This document shows positions 6,502-13,547 of a stretch of 13,547 nt of DNA, in pieces. Source of the DNA: Candidatus Micrarchaeia archaeon (GTDB lineage: Archaea; Micrarchaeota; Micrarchaeia; Burarchaeales; Burarchaeaceae); NCBI GenBank assembly GCA_041660725.1, contig JBAZVU010000003.1, forward strand, positions 4,931 to 18,477, given 5' to 3'. Each line of letters starts with the position of its first letter. Positions within the stretch are counted from its first letter, which is position 1. A program made the translations under genes and the position numbers. The notes beneath the pieces were generated by a model, which was not told the DNA's origin, ran no database searches, and saw only the letters and a list, made by a program, of their open reading frames with translations.

Positions 6502-7212
6502 ATGAAAACCAAGCTGCTGTATTTCGAGGACAGCTACCTGAAGGAGTTTGACGCTGCTGTTGTTGAGGTGAAGGGCACTGCCATCATGCTGGATGCAACT
6601 GCATTCTATTACACGAGCGGAGGCCAGCCCTGCGACACTGGAAAGATTGTTGCTGGCGGCACTGAGTACCAAGTGGCGGAAGTGAAGAAGGAGAATGGCG
6701 AGATTTGGCACTATCTGGACAAGGAGCCCGCGTTTGCAGCAGGCGCTTCAGTGCATGGGGCAATTGAGTGGGAGAAGAGGTACAAGCTCATGCGGATGCA
6801 CACTGCAGCCCATGTGCTTGCAGGCGGCTTCCTGAACCAGCAGGGCGCACTCATAACAGGCAACCAGCTGGGAGTGGAGGAGACGAGGTTTGATTTTTCG
6901 CTTGAGCAGTTTGACAGGGCGAAATTCGAGGAACTGGTGGAGCAGGCAAATGCAAAGCTGGCAGAAGGGCTGGAAGTGAAAACATACACGATGCCAAGGG
7001 AGGAGGCGCTGAAGATGCCGGGCATGGTCAAGCTGGCAAATGCGCTGCCGCCTGCCATTAGTGTGCTGCGCATTGTTGACATTGGGGGCTTTGAGGTGCA
7101 GGCTGACGGCGGCACGCACGTGAAGAATTCTAGGGAGTGCGGAAAAATAAAAATTCTAAGGCTGGAAAACAAAGGAAAAAACAACAGACGGCTCTACTTT
7201 GGCCTTGAATAG
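6502..7212 (+). CDS. alaX: AlaX-M-type alanyl-tRNA editing protein (Ser/Gly-tRNA(Ala) deacylase, homologous to the AlaRS editing domain)
   Basis: The 236-aa protein has an HxxxH motif (MHTAAHVL) followed by a GGTH motif (ADGGTHVKNS). These belong to the AlaRS/ThrRS second-additional-domain editing fold. An extra N-terminal domain is present, as in AlaX-M. The ATG is leaderless, 27 bp from the TATA box. The stop is TAG. Confidence 0.8.
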   Translation: MKTKLLYFEDSYLKEFDAAVVEVKGTAIMLDATAFYYTSGGQPCDTGKIVAGGTEYQVAEVKKENGEIWHYLDKEPAFAAGASVHGAIEWEKRYKLMRMHTAAHVLAGGFLNQQGALITGNQLGVEETRFDFSLEQFDRAKFEELVEQANAKLAEGLEVKTYTMPREEALKMPGMVKLANALPPAISVLRIVDIGGFEVQADGGTHVKNSRECGKIKILRLENKGKNNRRLYFGLE

Positions 7213-7238
7213 GACTGAGAAGCAGGCCGTGATAGGGG

Positions 7239-7247
7239 TTTATAAAA
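7239..7247 (+). promoter_or_regulatory. Archaeal TATA box TTTATAAAA driving the flotillin-like gene as a leaderless transcript
   Basis: The sequence GGTTTATAAAAG has a G-rich upstream flank that resembles a BRE. The TATA centre at 7243 lies 27 bp before the ATG at 7270. Confidence 0.65.
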
Positions 7248-7269
7248 GTTTAAAGCCATATTTCTAGGC

Positions 7270-8553
7270 ATGAACAGGCGCGTGGGAGAGCCTGCGAAGG
7301 GAGAAAGCGCAGGTCAGGAAGCAAGGACTGCTGGCACGCAGAGGAATGCCTTTCGGTTTTCTACACCCCTAGCGGCTACCATAGCCCGTGTTATGAGGAA
7401 TAGGCGCGGCTTTGTGCGTATTGGCTTCGGGCAGGCGGATGAGGGTGCAGGTGGCACGGGAAAGGAAGCCAGGGGACTTGAGAAGAAAGGTGGCGATAGG
7501 GAGGAGAGCCTTGTAAAGAGCACGCCGCCCGGGGCGCTTGTCCGAAAGGAGCCGGGGGCGCTGTTCGTAGTCAAGGACAATGGAAAAGTAAGGACGTACG
7601 AGGATGAGTTGCCAGCGCATGAGAAGGCAGCCACGGTTATCAGAATTATTCCGGGCGGCAAGGTCATCGGCAATGCCAAGATAAGCGGTGGCGAAGTCGG
7701 TGTTGGGGTTTACAGGGGAGGCAAGATAGAGGCGAACCCGCTTGGCCCTGGCGGACACGTCATGCCGTTCATAAAGGACGTTATGCTATTGTCTACACAG
7801 GAACAGACGCTGACAGTAAAGGGCAGATTCAAGACTGCGCAGGGCCTTGAAATAACCGTGACCGCAGAACTCATGTTCAGACTCAAGCCGCTTTATGCCA
7901 CGATGATTTTCGAGAATTTTGGAGAGAAATATCAGCAAACCGCAGTAAAACCAGTGTTCGAGGACACGCTCAGGGAAATTGCAATCAACTGCAAGGCACA
8001 TGACTTCTACCCCAAGCTGTCAGAAATACAGGATCAGGTGAGGGAGAAAATAGCTGCCAAACTAAGGCCAGTGGGACTCGTAGTTGACTATGTTTTGATA
8101 AAGGAAGTGGTGCTGCCTGAGCAGGTGGAACTGGCAATAGCGACGCCAACTATGTGCGCCTATCGCACAATTCAAGATACTGCGGAGCACGGACATGAAC
8201 TGGTGACCATAGAGCTTACAATGCAGAAAGATGTGGCCATGGGGCGGCTTGAGGAAGTGAGATCTAGGCTGAGAGCAGAGCTGGACAGGTTCGAGATTGG
8301 CGAGAGGAAGGATCTAGAACTGATAGCCGCGCAGGCCGATAGGGAAATACGGCACGTGCAGGCAGAAACGACAGCTAGTGAAGTCAGGTTGGTTGGAGAA
8401 GCTGAGGCCGACGTGCTCAGGGCCAAGGGAGCCGCGTCTGCAGAGGTAATGAAGCAGAAGATAGAGGCCGTGCTGGGGCCCTTGGAGCCTGCTATATCCA
8501 CACTCATGACGCTTCTCATAAACAAAGCATATAGCGGCAAGGGAAGCGATTAG
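7270..8553 (+). CDS. SPFH/Band-7-domain protein of the flotillin type, 427 aa, with an atypical Gly/Arg-rich N-terminal extension of about 100 aa
   Basis: The SPFH core is recognisable from GGHVMPFIKDVMLLSTQEQTLTV, GLEITVTAELMFRL, IAINCKAHDFY, EIQDQVREKIAAKL and GLVVDYVLIKEVVLPEQVELAI. The C-terminus carries flotillin-like Ala/Glu repeats (EAEADVLRAKGAASAEVMKQKIEA). No N-terminal hydrophobic anchor was seen. The start is supported by the TATA box at -27. The stop is TAG. Confidence 0.8.
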   Translation: MNRRVGEPAKGESAGQEARTAGTQRNAFRFSTPLAATIARVMRNRRGFVRIGFGQADEGAGGTGKEARGLEKKGGDREESLVKSTPPGALVRKEPGALFVVKDNGKVRTYEDELPAHEKAATVIRIIPGGKVIGNAKISGGEVGVGVYRGGKIEANPLGPGGHVMPFIKDVMLLSTQEQTLTVKGRFKTAQGLEITVTAELMFRLKPLYATMIFENFGEKYQQTAVKPVFEDTLREIAINCKAHDFYPKLSEIQDQVREKIAAKLRPVGLVVDYVLIKEVVLPEQVELAIATPTMCAYRTIQDTAEHGHELVTIELTMQKDVAMGRLEEVRSRLRAELDRFEIGERKDLELIAAQADREIRHVQAETTASEVRLVGEAEADVLRAKGAASAEVMKQKIEAVLGPLEPAISTLMTLLINKAYSGKGSD

Positions 8554-8564
8554 TAGGTAGTTTT

Positions 8565-9389
8565 ATGGTTCCCCCAAGTTTCTTTGCAAGAAGGAGAGGC
8601 AGCAAGGCAGGGGAGGAAGGTGTGCACGGGCATCAGCCGTCTGGAAGGCCTTTTGCCGGCAGGATGCTGCAGGAAGTGAAGGAAGGCCCAACTGGCGGGA
8701 AGGGCGAGCTGCAATTTACAGTAATACCCGGAGAGAGGAGAAAGAAGGGGTTCAGGGACATACTAATTGAGACGGCGTTGGTTACGGGCGCGGTTGTCGT
8801 TGTAGGAGCTACTGCCGTTGGCGGGTATTTCGGATACAACGCAGTATCTTCGGCTATAGAGGCGCATCAGAAAGAGGCTGAAAAGCCAGCGTACACTGTA
8901 AACATTGATGACACGGAGCCCGGCATGCGCAAGCCGACTTACGAGATAAAGAGCGGGACGAAGACACCGGAACAGAAACCCGTGTCCCCAAAACCAGCAG
9001 AGAGCACGGTGGCAGAAAAGGCGCCGCCACCCACACACAAGCATGAGGAGAAGGTAAAGGCGCCGGCAAAGGCAAAAGAAAAAACTGAGGAAAAGATAGA
9101 GGTCCAGAAGCCAAAGCCGAAGGAACCTGAGGAAACTCAGCAAGTGACTACGAAAATACAATATGGAAAGACTTCAGTCAGGGCCGCAGATGGAAGAACG
9201 GGGGCGACTAAGTGGACGTTTGAGGCGCCGACGGGTTGGGAAGTCGAGGGGGCGCCGGACATCGTTGGCAATAGCGTGGAGGTGACGTTGGTCAACAAGA
9301 CGGTTGGAAGTGGCAGCGGCATTTTTGAGGGGATTGAGAAACAGAAATACAAGATAGACCTGGAGAGCGGAAAGGCTAGAAAGGTTTGA
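8565..9389 (+). CDS. Single-pass membrane protein, 274 aa: a cytoplasmic N-terminal region, one TM helix, a Pro/Glu/Lys-rich linker and a C-terminal beta-rich domain of about 90 aa. It may be an NfeD-like partner of the flotillin
   Basis: The TM segment is ILIETALVTGAVVVVGATAVGGYFGY. The low-complexity linker reads TPEQKPVSPKPAESTVAEKAPPPTHKHEEKVKAPAKAKEKTEEKIEVQKPKPKEPEE. The C-terminal block is TKIQYGKTSVRAADGRTGATKWTFEAPTGWEVEGAPDIVGNSVEVTLVNKTVGSGSG. The gene lies 11 nt after the flotillin stop. The start is uncertain; M34 at 8664 is an alternative. The stop is TGA. Confidence 0.55.
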   Translation: MVPPSFFARRRGSKAGEEGVHGHQPSGRPFAGRMLQEVKEGPTGGKGELQFTVIPGERRKKGFRDILIETALVTGAVVVVGATAVGGYFGYNAVSSAIEAHQKEAEKPAYTVNIDDTEPGMRKPTYEIKSGTKTPEQKPVSPKPAESTVAEKAPPPTHKHEEKVKAPAKAKEKTEEKIEVQKPKPKEPEETQQVTTKIQYGKTSVRAADGRTGATKWTFEAPTGWEVEGAPDIVGNSVEVTLVNKTVGSGSGIFEGIEKQKYKIDLESGKARKV

Positions 9390-9396
9390 ACCAGAT

Positions 9397-10680
9397 TTAC
9401 GGGTAGCTCATTACGTAGAGATTGCTTGGGCCTTTTGAAGAAAATTCGCCATGAGCTATGCTAATGAACAGGAGACCGTCGCTTGTGCAGAGGTTTACAT
9501 GGGCTTTTTCAAAGGACTTCTGCATGAAGAAAGAGCCTGTTTCATCGCCCGTATTGGCATTCAGGGCATACAGCTTGATGAGATTGTCCTGTGTCCCTGT
9601 TTTTACCCAACCGGTACTGGCTACAAACACTGCGTCCCCGACAATAGCCAGCGAGGAATTTAGGCCTGCGTCAAGCGCCTTTACCCATCGTTTATCACCC
9701 GTGGTCATATCTATGCAGAATACGCTATCCCTATTTACGACATATGCCTTGTCGCCGTGCACCAGCACTTCTAGAGACTCGTAATTCAGAATCTGGCGCA
9801 ATAGTGCGGTGCTCCAACGGACGGTTCCTGAATTCATATCGACGTTTTTTAGGGTGGAATACGTTAGTAAAAAGAGGTGGTCGCCGGTAAAGCAAGGACG
9901 CGCGCCCGGAGATTCAAAAAAGGTCTTTGAAACTTCTGCTTCCCGTAGCCCCTGAGATTGAACATCCAGTTCGAATATTCCACTCTTTTTCCAGTCTCCC
10001 TTGACAAGTCCGAGATATATTTTGTTCGGGCGTGAATCAGATACGCATATCAGACTGTTTCCGAGAACCCGCCAGTCCTTGGGCAACTCAATTGTGGAGG
10101 TTATTTCACCGCTAGTGGAATTTATGACAGTCACACTGCGGGCTTTGCTCAAAAGATTGAGAGTGGTGGAGCTTAGAAGGAGCCTTGACTGGAAGTCGGA
10201 TTCGATGGGAATCGACCAAATGACTTTGCCGCCGTCTATGTCTAAGGCGTAGAGTGTGTTTTCAGTGCCAATATAAAGGCGCTTCCCGTCGCAAATAGGG
10301 GGCAGCGCTGCCTTTAACTGAGCAGTCCACATTTCCTTGCCCGAGAGCTTGTCAAGGGCTATGACTTTGAGGTCGTCCGTGGCTATAAACGCAAGCTTAG
10401 ATGAAAAAACGGGTGGAAACTCCACACCGCTTGCTTCAAATGCCCAGTTTATTGACGCGCGCGCCGCGGATTCTTTCGGCGGCTGTTCCCGCACTTCTTC
10501 CACTTTTACATCCTGCTTGGCAAAGGCAGGAGCAGGAGGCAACGCAGTTGCACCAATGAGAGAAGAAGATATACCAGCTAGAGTAAGTAGTGCTGCCTTT
10601 CTGGCAAGAATATTCGTGGAGTTAATGAGGTCCCTAGATGGAATTTGCTTCTGTTGGCCACCTAGAAGTTTGCTTCCCAC
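9397..10680 (-). CDS. Secreted or membrane-anchored PQQ-repeat (BamB/YVTN-like) beta-propeller protein, 427 aa
   Basis: Repeated blocks of the form 'LYALDIDGGKVIWS' and 'LYALNANTGDE' recur at intervals of about 40 aa, as in a PQQ-type beta-propeller. The N-terminus has a signal-peptide-like region, AALLTLAGISSSLIGATALPPAPAFA. A GTG start at 10680 is needed because no ATG occurs in the first 115 codons. A TTTTAAAG element (10713-10706, minus) is centred about 30 bp upstream. The stop is TAA. GC content is about 45 %, against 55-65 % in the flanking genes. Confidence 0.75.
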   Translation of the reverse strand: MGSKLLGGQQKQIPSRDLINSTNILARKAALLTLAGISSSLIGATALPPAPAFAKQDVKVEEVREQPPKESAARASINWAFEASGVEFPPVFSSKLAFIATDDLKVIALDKLSGKEMWTAQLKAALPPICDGKRLYIGTENTLYALDIDGGKVIWSIPIESDFQSRLLLSSTTLNLLSKARSVTVINSTSGEITSTIELPKDWRVLGNSLICVSDSRPNKIYLGLVKGDWKKSGIFELDVQSQGLREAEVSKTFFESPGARPCFTGDHLFLLTYSTLKNVDMNSGTVRWSTALLRQILNYESLEVLVHGDKAYVVNRDSVFCIDMTTGDKRWVKALDAGLNSSLAIVGDAVFVASTGWVKTGTQDNLIKLYALNANTGDETGSFFMQKSFEKAHVNLCTSDGLLFISIAHGEFSSKGPSNLYVMSYP

Positions 10681-10782
10681 AATTGGAAATATATGGCACT
10701 GAAGCTTTAAAATGGCTATGTCTAGCCAGAATCGGCTGGAGAGTCACTGAGCGTCGTACTCTTCAGGAACAAAAGGGGAACC

Positions 10783-11997
10783 CTAGAAAAGCCCGCCGCC
10801 CTTGCCGCCCTTCACCTTGTCCAGGTTGCTCTGGAACTGGTTGTAGGTCTGGTCCAGAGTGTTCATGGTGTACCACATGCCGCGCGCCTCGGACTCGAGG
10901 TCCGTGGAGCTGCTGTCGCCCTTCTTTTTCACGCCGACAAGCTCGAACATGCGGTTGAGGCCAGTCCACATCATGAGCACATTGAGGATGAGTGACAGCC
11001 ACTTCAGAATCTGCTCAAAGAAGTTTTTCTTCTTGGGCTTTTCCTTCTGGAGGCCTTCCTGGCGTTCCGGGGCATCCTGGGCCTCGCCATGGACTTGCTG
11101 CGCGCATTCCGTGAAACGCTCTGCCTGCTTCACGTCGCCATCCACTGCCCGCCCCTCCTCGTCGAACTCATTCAGGGTGTGTTTTCCGCCAGCGAGAACA
11201 GCAGCCATAGTGGTCTTGTCGAGCATCACGCGCTTGTCATCATACGCAAGCTCGTACCTGTCGCCCACCTTGCTTATCTTCAACTCGTCTGTAGGCACTT
11301 TCGACAGTTGCAGGAGCTGGTCAAGGCCTGCCTGCGTCATGCTTATGCTGCCCATCACCTCACGGCCGTCCTCTGTTGTCTGGCAGATGTCCATCCTATA
11401 ACCCTTGCTCCCTGCTACGCGGTAAACATCCAGGAAAAGGCCCGCCTTGGATGCGGCAGTGTCCTCGGCCTTCGCCGACAGACCTTCCTGCTGGCGCAGC
11501 GCAAGGTTCTCGCCCTCGTTCAGGGTGGACTCGGCGATGTTGCCCGCGGATGAGACGTTCTTCTTCTCAAGCTGCCTCAGCACGCTTGCCTCCATGTCTG
11601 CGTAAATTTCAGCGCCGTCTGCGGGCGACTTTGCGAATTTCTTCCAGGAAAGCGAGAGGTCGTAGAGCAGCTGCTTGCGCACTGCGGCGTCATCGCCGAA
11701 CTCGTCCGCAATCTGCTGCTTGAGCTCGAGGTGCTTCTTCAGCACTGAGACGCCCTCGTTGAAAGTGTCAGCATTGCCCTTGGCACCCTTCTTGATGGTG
11801 TCGAGCATGGTCTTGTAGCCCTTGTAGTTCGGGTCCTTGGTGCCCACTTCCTTGTTGAGCCACTTGACTGCGTCTGCATAGGCGCCGTCGAGCGGAGTCT
11901 GCTTCAGCGTAGGAGGCGTGCGCTTCAGGGTGGTGCTTCCCGCGCCCCTTACAGATTCATCTTCATTCGTGACATTGTTTCCAAACTTCGGTGCCAT
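10783..11997 (-). CDS. Uncharacterised 404-aa protein with one hydrophobic helix near the C-terminus, giving a tail-anchor-like topology
   Basis: The ORF runs at ~65 % GC without interruption. The GGAAGGTGG Shine-Dalgarno-like sequence lies 5 nt upstream of the ATG, 26 nt after the stop of the upstream gene. The hydrophobic segment is FFEQILKWLSLILNVLMMWTGLNRMFELVGV, followed by a polar tail ending in GGKGGGLF. I recognise no family. The stop is TAG, followed by a T-tract (CCCCTTTTGTT on the minus strand). Confidence 0.6.
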   Translation of the reverse strand: MAPKFGNNVTNEDESVRGAGSTTLKRTPPTLKQTPLDGAYADAVKWLNKEVGTKDPNYKGYKTMLDTIKKGAKGNADTFNEGVSVLKKHLELKQQIADEFGDDAAVRKQLLYDLSLSWKKFAKSPADGAEIYADMEASVLRQLEKKNVSSAGNIAESTLNEGENLALRQQEGLSAKAEDTAASKAGLFLDVYRVAGSKGYRMDICQTTEDGREVMGSISMTQAGLDQLLQLSKVPTDELKISKVGDRYELAYDDKRVMLDKTTMAAVLAGGKHTLNEFDEEGRAVDGDVKQAERFTECAQQVHGEAQDAPERQEGLQKEKPKKKNFFEQILKWLSLILNVLMMWTGLNRMFELVGVKKKGDSSSTDLESEARGMWYTMNTLDQTYNQFQSNLDKVKGGKGGGLF

Positions 11998-12023
11998 TCA
12001 ACCACCTTCCAATTTTTGTCTGA

Positions 12024-13547
12024 CTATTCATTGTATTTGTTCAGTATATTAATGTAAGTGTTTTTCTCGTCTAAGCCCCACTTGTTCGCAGGGTCCAGAA
12101 GATCCTTGGCAAGTGCCTCCACGTCATAGTTGGCCTGCCTGCCCCCGGCTATTTCCGCCATGTCCCTGAACAGGGTTGCCATCGCGCCCTTGCGCGTCTG
12201 CTCAAGCTCGCCCACTGCAGTGATGAGCGTGAGAAGCTGGCTTGCATCTGTTTGCTCGTCCCTGTTCTGGTTCTGGAAGTCTGCCTTGCCCGCAATGTCC
12301 TGGTAAAGCTGCATTGACTCCTTTGGAATGTACTGCTCAAAAGCGGGCTTCTGCTCAAGCTGCTGTGCGGGCGGTTGCGCCTGCGCCACTGGCGCTGTTG
12401 GAGGAGCGGACTTGTCGACATTTGCATTTGGCTTTCCGCCTTCGCCCGCAGGCTGCCCTGCACCGGTGTCGCGCCTGCCAGTAATCAGCCCAGTTTCCTC
12501 CTTGTTGTCTGTGGCCTGCTCTGCCTGGTGCGAGATCCAGGTCTGCCCCACGCAGGTGCCAAGTATTGTGGCTGTGCCTGCAATGGCAACAATGCCGCCG
12601 GCCATTATGAGCTTCTTGCGCAGCTCGCGGTCGCTCTTGTTCCTCGACTGCTTCAGCTTCTCGGTGATTGCCGCAAGCGTGGTTGCTGCGGCTTCTGCCT
12701 GAGTGGGCGTAAGCGTGCCATTTTCAGAAATATCATCGAGCGCCTGCACATCCTGCCTGGTCAGCACGCTGGGCGCGCCCTTCTGCACAGGCGGGCCGCG
12801 TGCATCCTCGGCATCCAAGGCAGCAGGGTCTTCGAGCGCCTTCGCGCCCCTGTCTGCAAGCTGCTGCACCTTTGGCGGCAGTGGCTCAGGCTCAAGCTCC
12901 ACCTTGATTGCGTTGGCTGGCGCCTCTTTTGTCTGCGGCACGCCCTTCTTGGTGAAGGAGATGGGGCGGCCGAAATCAACGTCAACAACTTCCACGTACT
13001 TGTAAGCGCCCGAAGTGAGGTCAGATGCAAGCGTGCCCAGGTATTCCAGGCCGTGCGCCTGTTTTGTGCCGAATTTCTCAAGGTACACCATGCGCGCAGG
13101 CTCGGCAGGGTCAGTGGAAACAAAACGCAGCCACTTGCCACCGAAGCGCGCATTGGCAGCGCCGCTTTCCATCATTGGCCCGAGGTCTGCAACTGAAACT
13201 CTCTCAGTGACGTACTTAGGGAAGTAGGGCACAAGGCGCGTGAGGAAGTCTATGCTGACCTGCGGAAGGACCGGCACGTTCAGGCGCATCACATCTATCT
13301 GCATTGTGTCAGTTATTGGAATGCGCACTGGCTTGCCTGCAAACTGGTTCCAGGCCAGGTTGAGTGCTGAGAGGCCAAGGTAAGTTGCTGCGAAGCCGCC
13401 GGCAAAATCAGCACCCATGCCCCAAAGATGGGAACTGCCGCCGCCCGTCATGGTGCTTTGCATGCTTTGGGCCATTTCCATGAAGCCCTTGGGGCCCTGA
13501 AGCAGGCCCATTGCATTTGCCATTCCCATGTAGCCGGAAAGCTGGCC
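12024..13547 (-). CDS. Uncharacterised protein of more than 507 aa with an internal transmembrane helix. Its 5' end is truncated by the window edge
   Basis: The reading frame stays open from 13547 down to TAG 12026-12024. The ATG at 13529 used by the track is probably internal. The N-terminus is Gly/Ala/Met-rich (MGMANAMGLLQGPKGFMEMAQSMQS...GGFAATYLGLSALNLAW). The TM helix is LIMAGGIVAIAGTATILGTCVG. An Ala/Pro/Gln-rich linker follows. The C-terminus (ANYDVEALAKDLLDPANKWGLDEKNTYINILNKYNE) resembles an annexin-type repeat, with GLDEKNTYINIL corresponding to G-x-G-T-D-E-x-x-L-I-x-I-L. Confidence 0.6.
   Translation of the reverse strand, partial: GQLSGYMGMANAMGLLQGPKGFMEMAQSMQSTMTGGGSSHLWGMGADFAGGFAATYLGLSALNLAWNQFAGKPVRIPITDTMQIDVMRLNVPVLPQVSIDFLTRLVPYFPKYVTERVSVADLGPMMESGAANARFGGKWLRFVSTDPAEPARMVYLEKFGTKQAHGLEYLGTLASDLTSGAYKYVEVVDVDFGRPISFTKKGVPQTKEAPANAIKVELEPEPLPPKVQQLADRGAKALEDPAALDAEDARGPPVQKGAPSVLTRQDVQALDDISENGTLTPTQAEAAATTLAAITEKLKQSRNKSDRELRKKLIMAGGIVAIAGTATILGTCVGQTWISHQAEQATDNKEETGLITGRRDTGAGQPAGEGGKPNANVDKSAPPTAPVAQAQPPAQQLEQKPAFEQYIPKESMQLYQDIAGKADFQNQNRDEQTDASQLLTLITAVGELEQTRKGAMATLFRDMAEIAGGRQANYDVEALAKDLLDPANKWGLDEKNTYINILNKYNE

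Noticed and set aside
6711-7184. Minus-strand ORFs 6711..7184 and 6748..7119 inside alaX
   Set aside because: They are antisense to a confidently identified AlaX gene and their translations are low-complexity.
10746-10775. Short inverted repeat AGAGT(13 nt)ACTCT in the spacer between the downstream unknown gene and the propeller gene, considered as a possible terminator hairpin
   Set aside because: The 5-bp stem is too weak to call. The adjacent T-tract (CCCCTTTTGTT on the minus strand) immediately after the stop is a sufficient archaeal-style termination signal.
12242-13227. Plus-strand ORFs (12375..13196 and others) and the nested minus ORFs 12149..12463 and 12761..13153 inside the terminal unknown gene
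   Set aside because: They are alternative-frame or antisense ORFs with Arg/Cys/Ala-rich composition typical of GC-rich shadow frames. The long minus-strand frame with its SD-coupled downstream partner is the coherent reading.
1-13547. CRISPR arrays, IS elements, integrases, rRNA or tRNA genes
   Set aside because: I saw no direct-repeat/spacer periodicity, no transposase- or integrase-like ORFs, no terminal inverted repeats flanking the low-GC gene, and no rRNA or tRNA signatures on either strand.

Overview
The window looks archaeal. Four genes (dcd, flotillin-like, alaX, PHP) have a TATA-like element centred about 27 bp upstream of the start codon (leaderless transcripts), and AlaX and NAD kinase are present. 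GC content is high, about 55-65 % over most of the window. From the left edge, the minus strand carries a tightly packed histidine-biosynthesis operon in the order hisD-hisB-hisG-hisH-hisA, with hisA running off the left edge. The junctions are ATGA, 3 nt and 4 nt, and no hisC is present. A DUF167/YggU-like small protein lies upstream of the operon. It diverges from a dCTP-deaminase gene whose reading frame is interrupted by a single in-frame TAG. A convergent two-gene unit (PHP-family phosphoesterase followed by NAD kinase) comes next, and it diverges from an AlaX-type tRNA-editing protein. After that come a flotillin/SPFH-like protein with its single-pass membrane partner, and a secreted PQQ-type beta-propeller gene whose GC content (about 45 %) is far below its flanks. 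The window ends with an operon of two large uncharacterised membrane-anchored proteins; the upstream one is truncated by the right edge. Both divergent gene pairs share a single TATA element placed exactly midway, 26-27 bp from each start codon, across a 52-53 bp spacer. No rRNA, tRNA, CRISPR array or obvious mobile element was seen. The most likely candidate for an undescribed system is the terminal two-gene membrane-protein operon, possibly acting together with the adjacent flotillin module. Next in interest are the interrupted dcd and the repeated mirror-symmetric bidirectional promoters.
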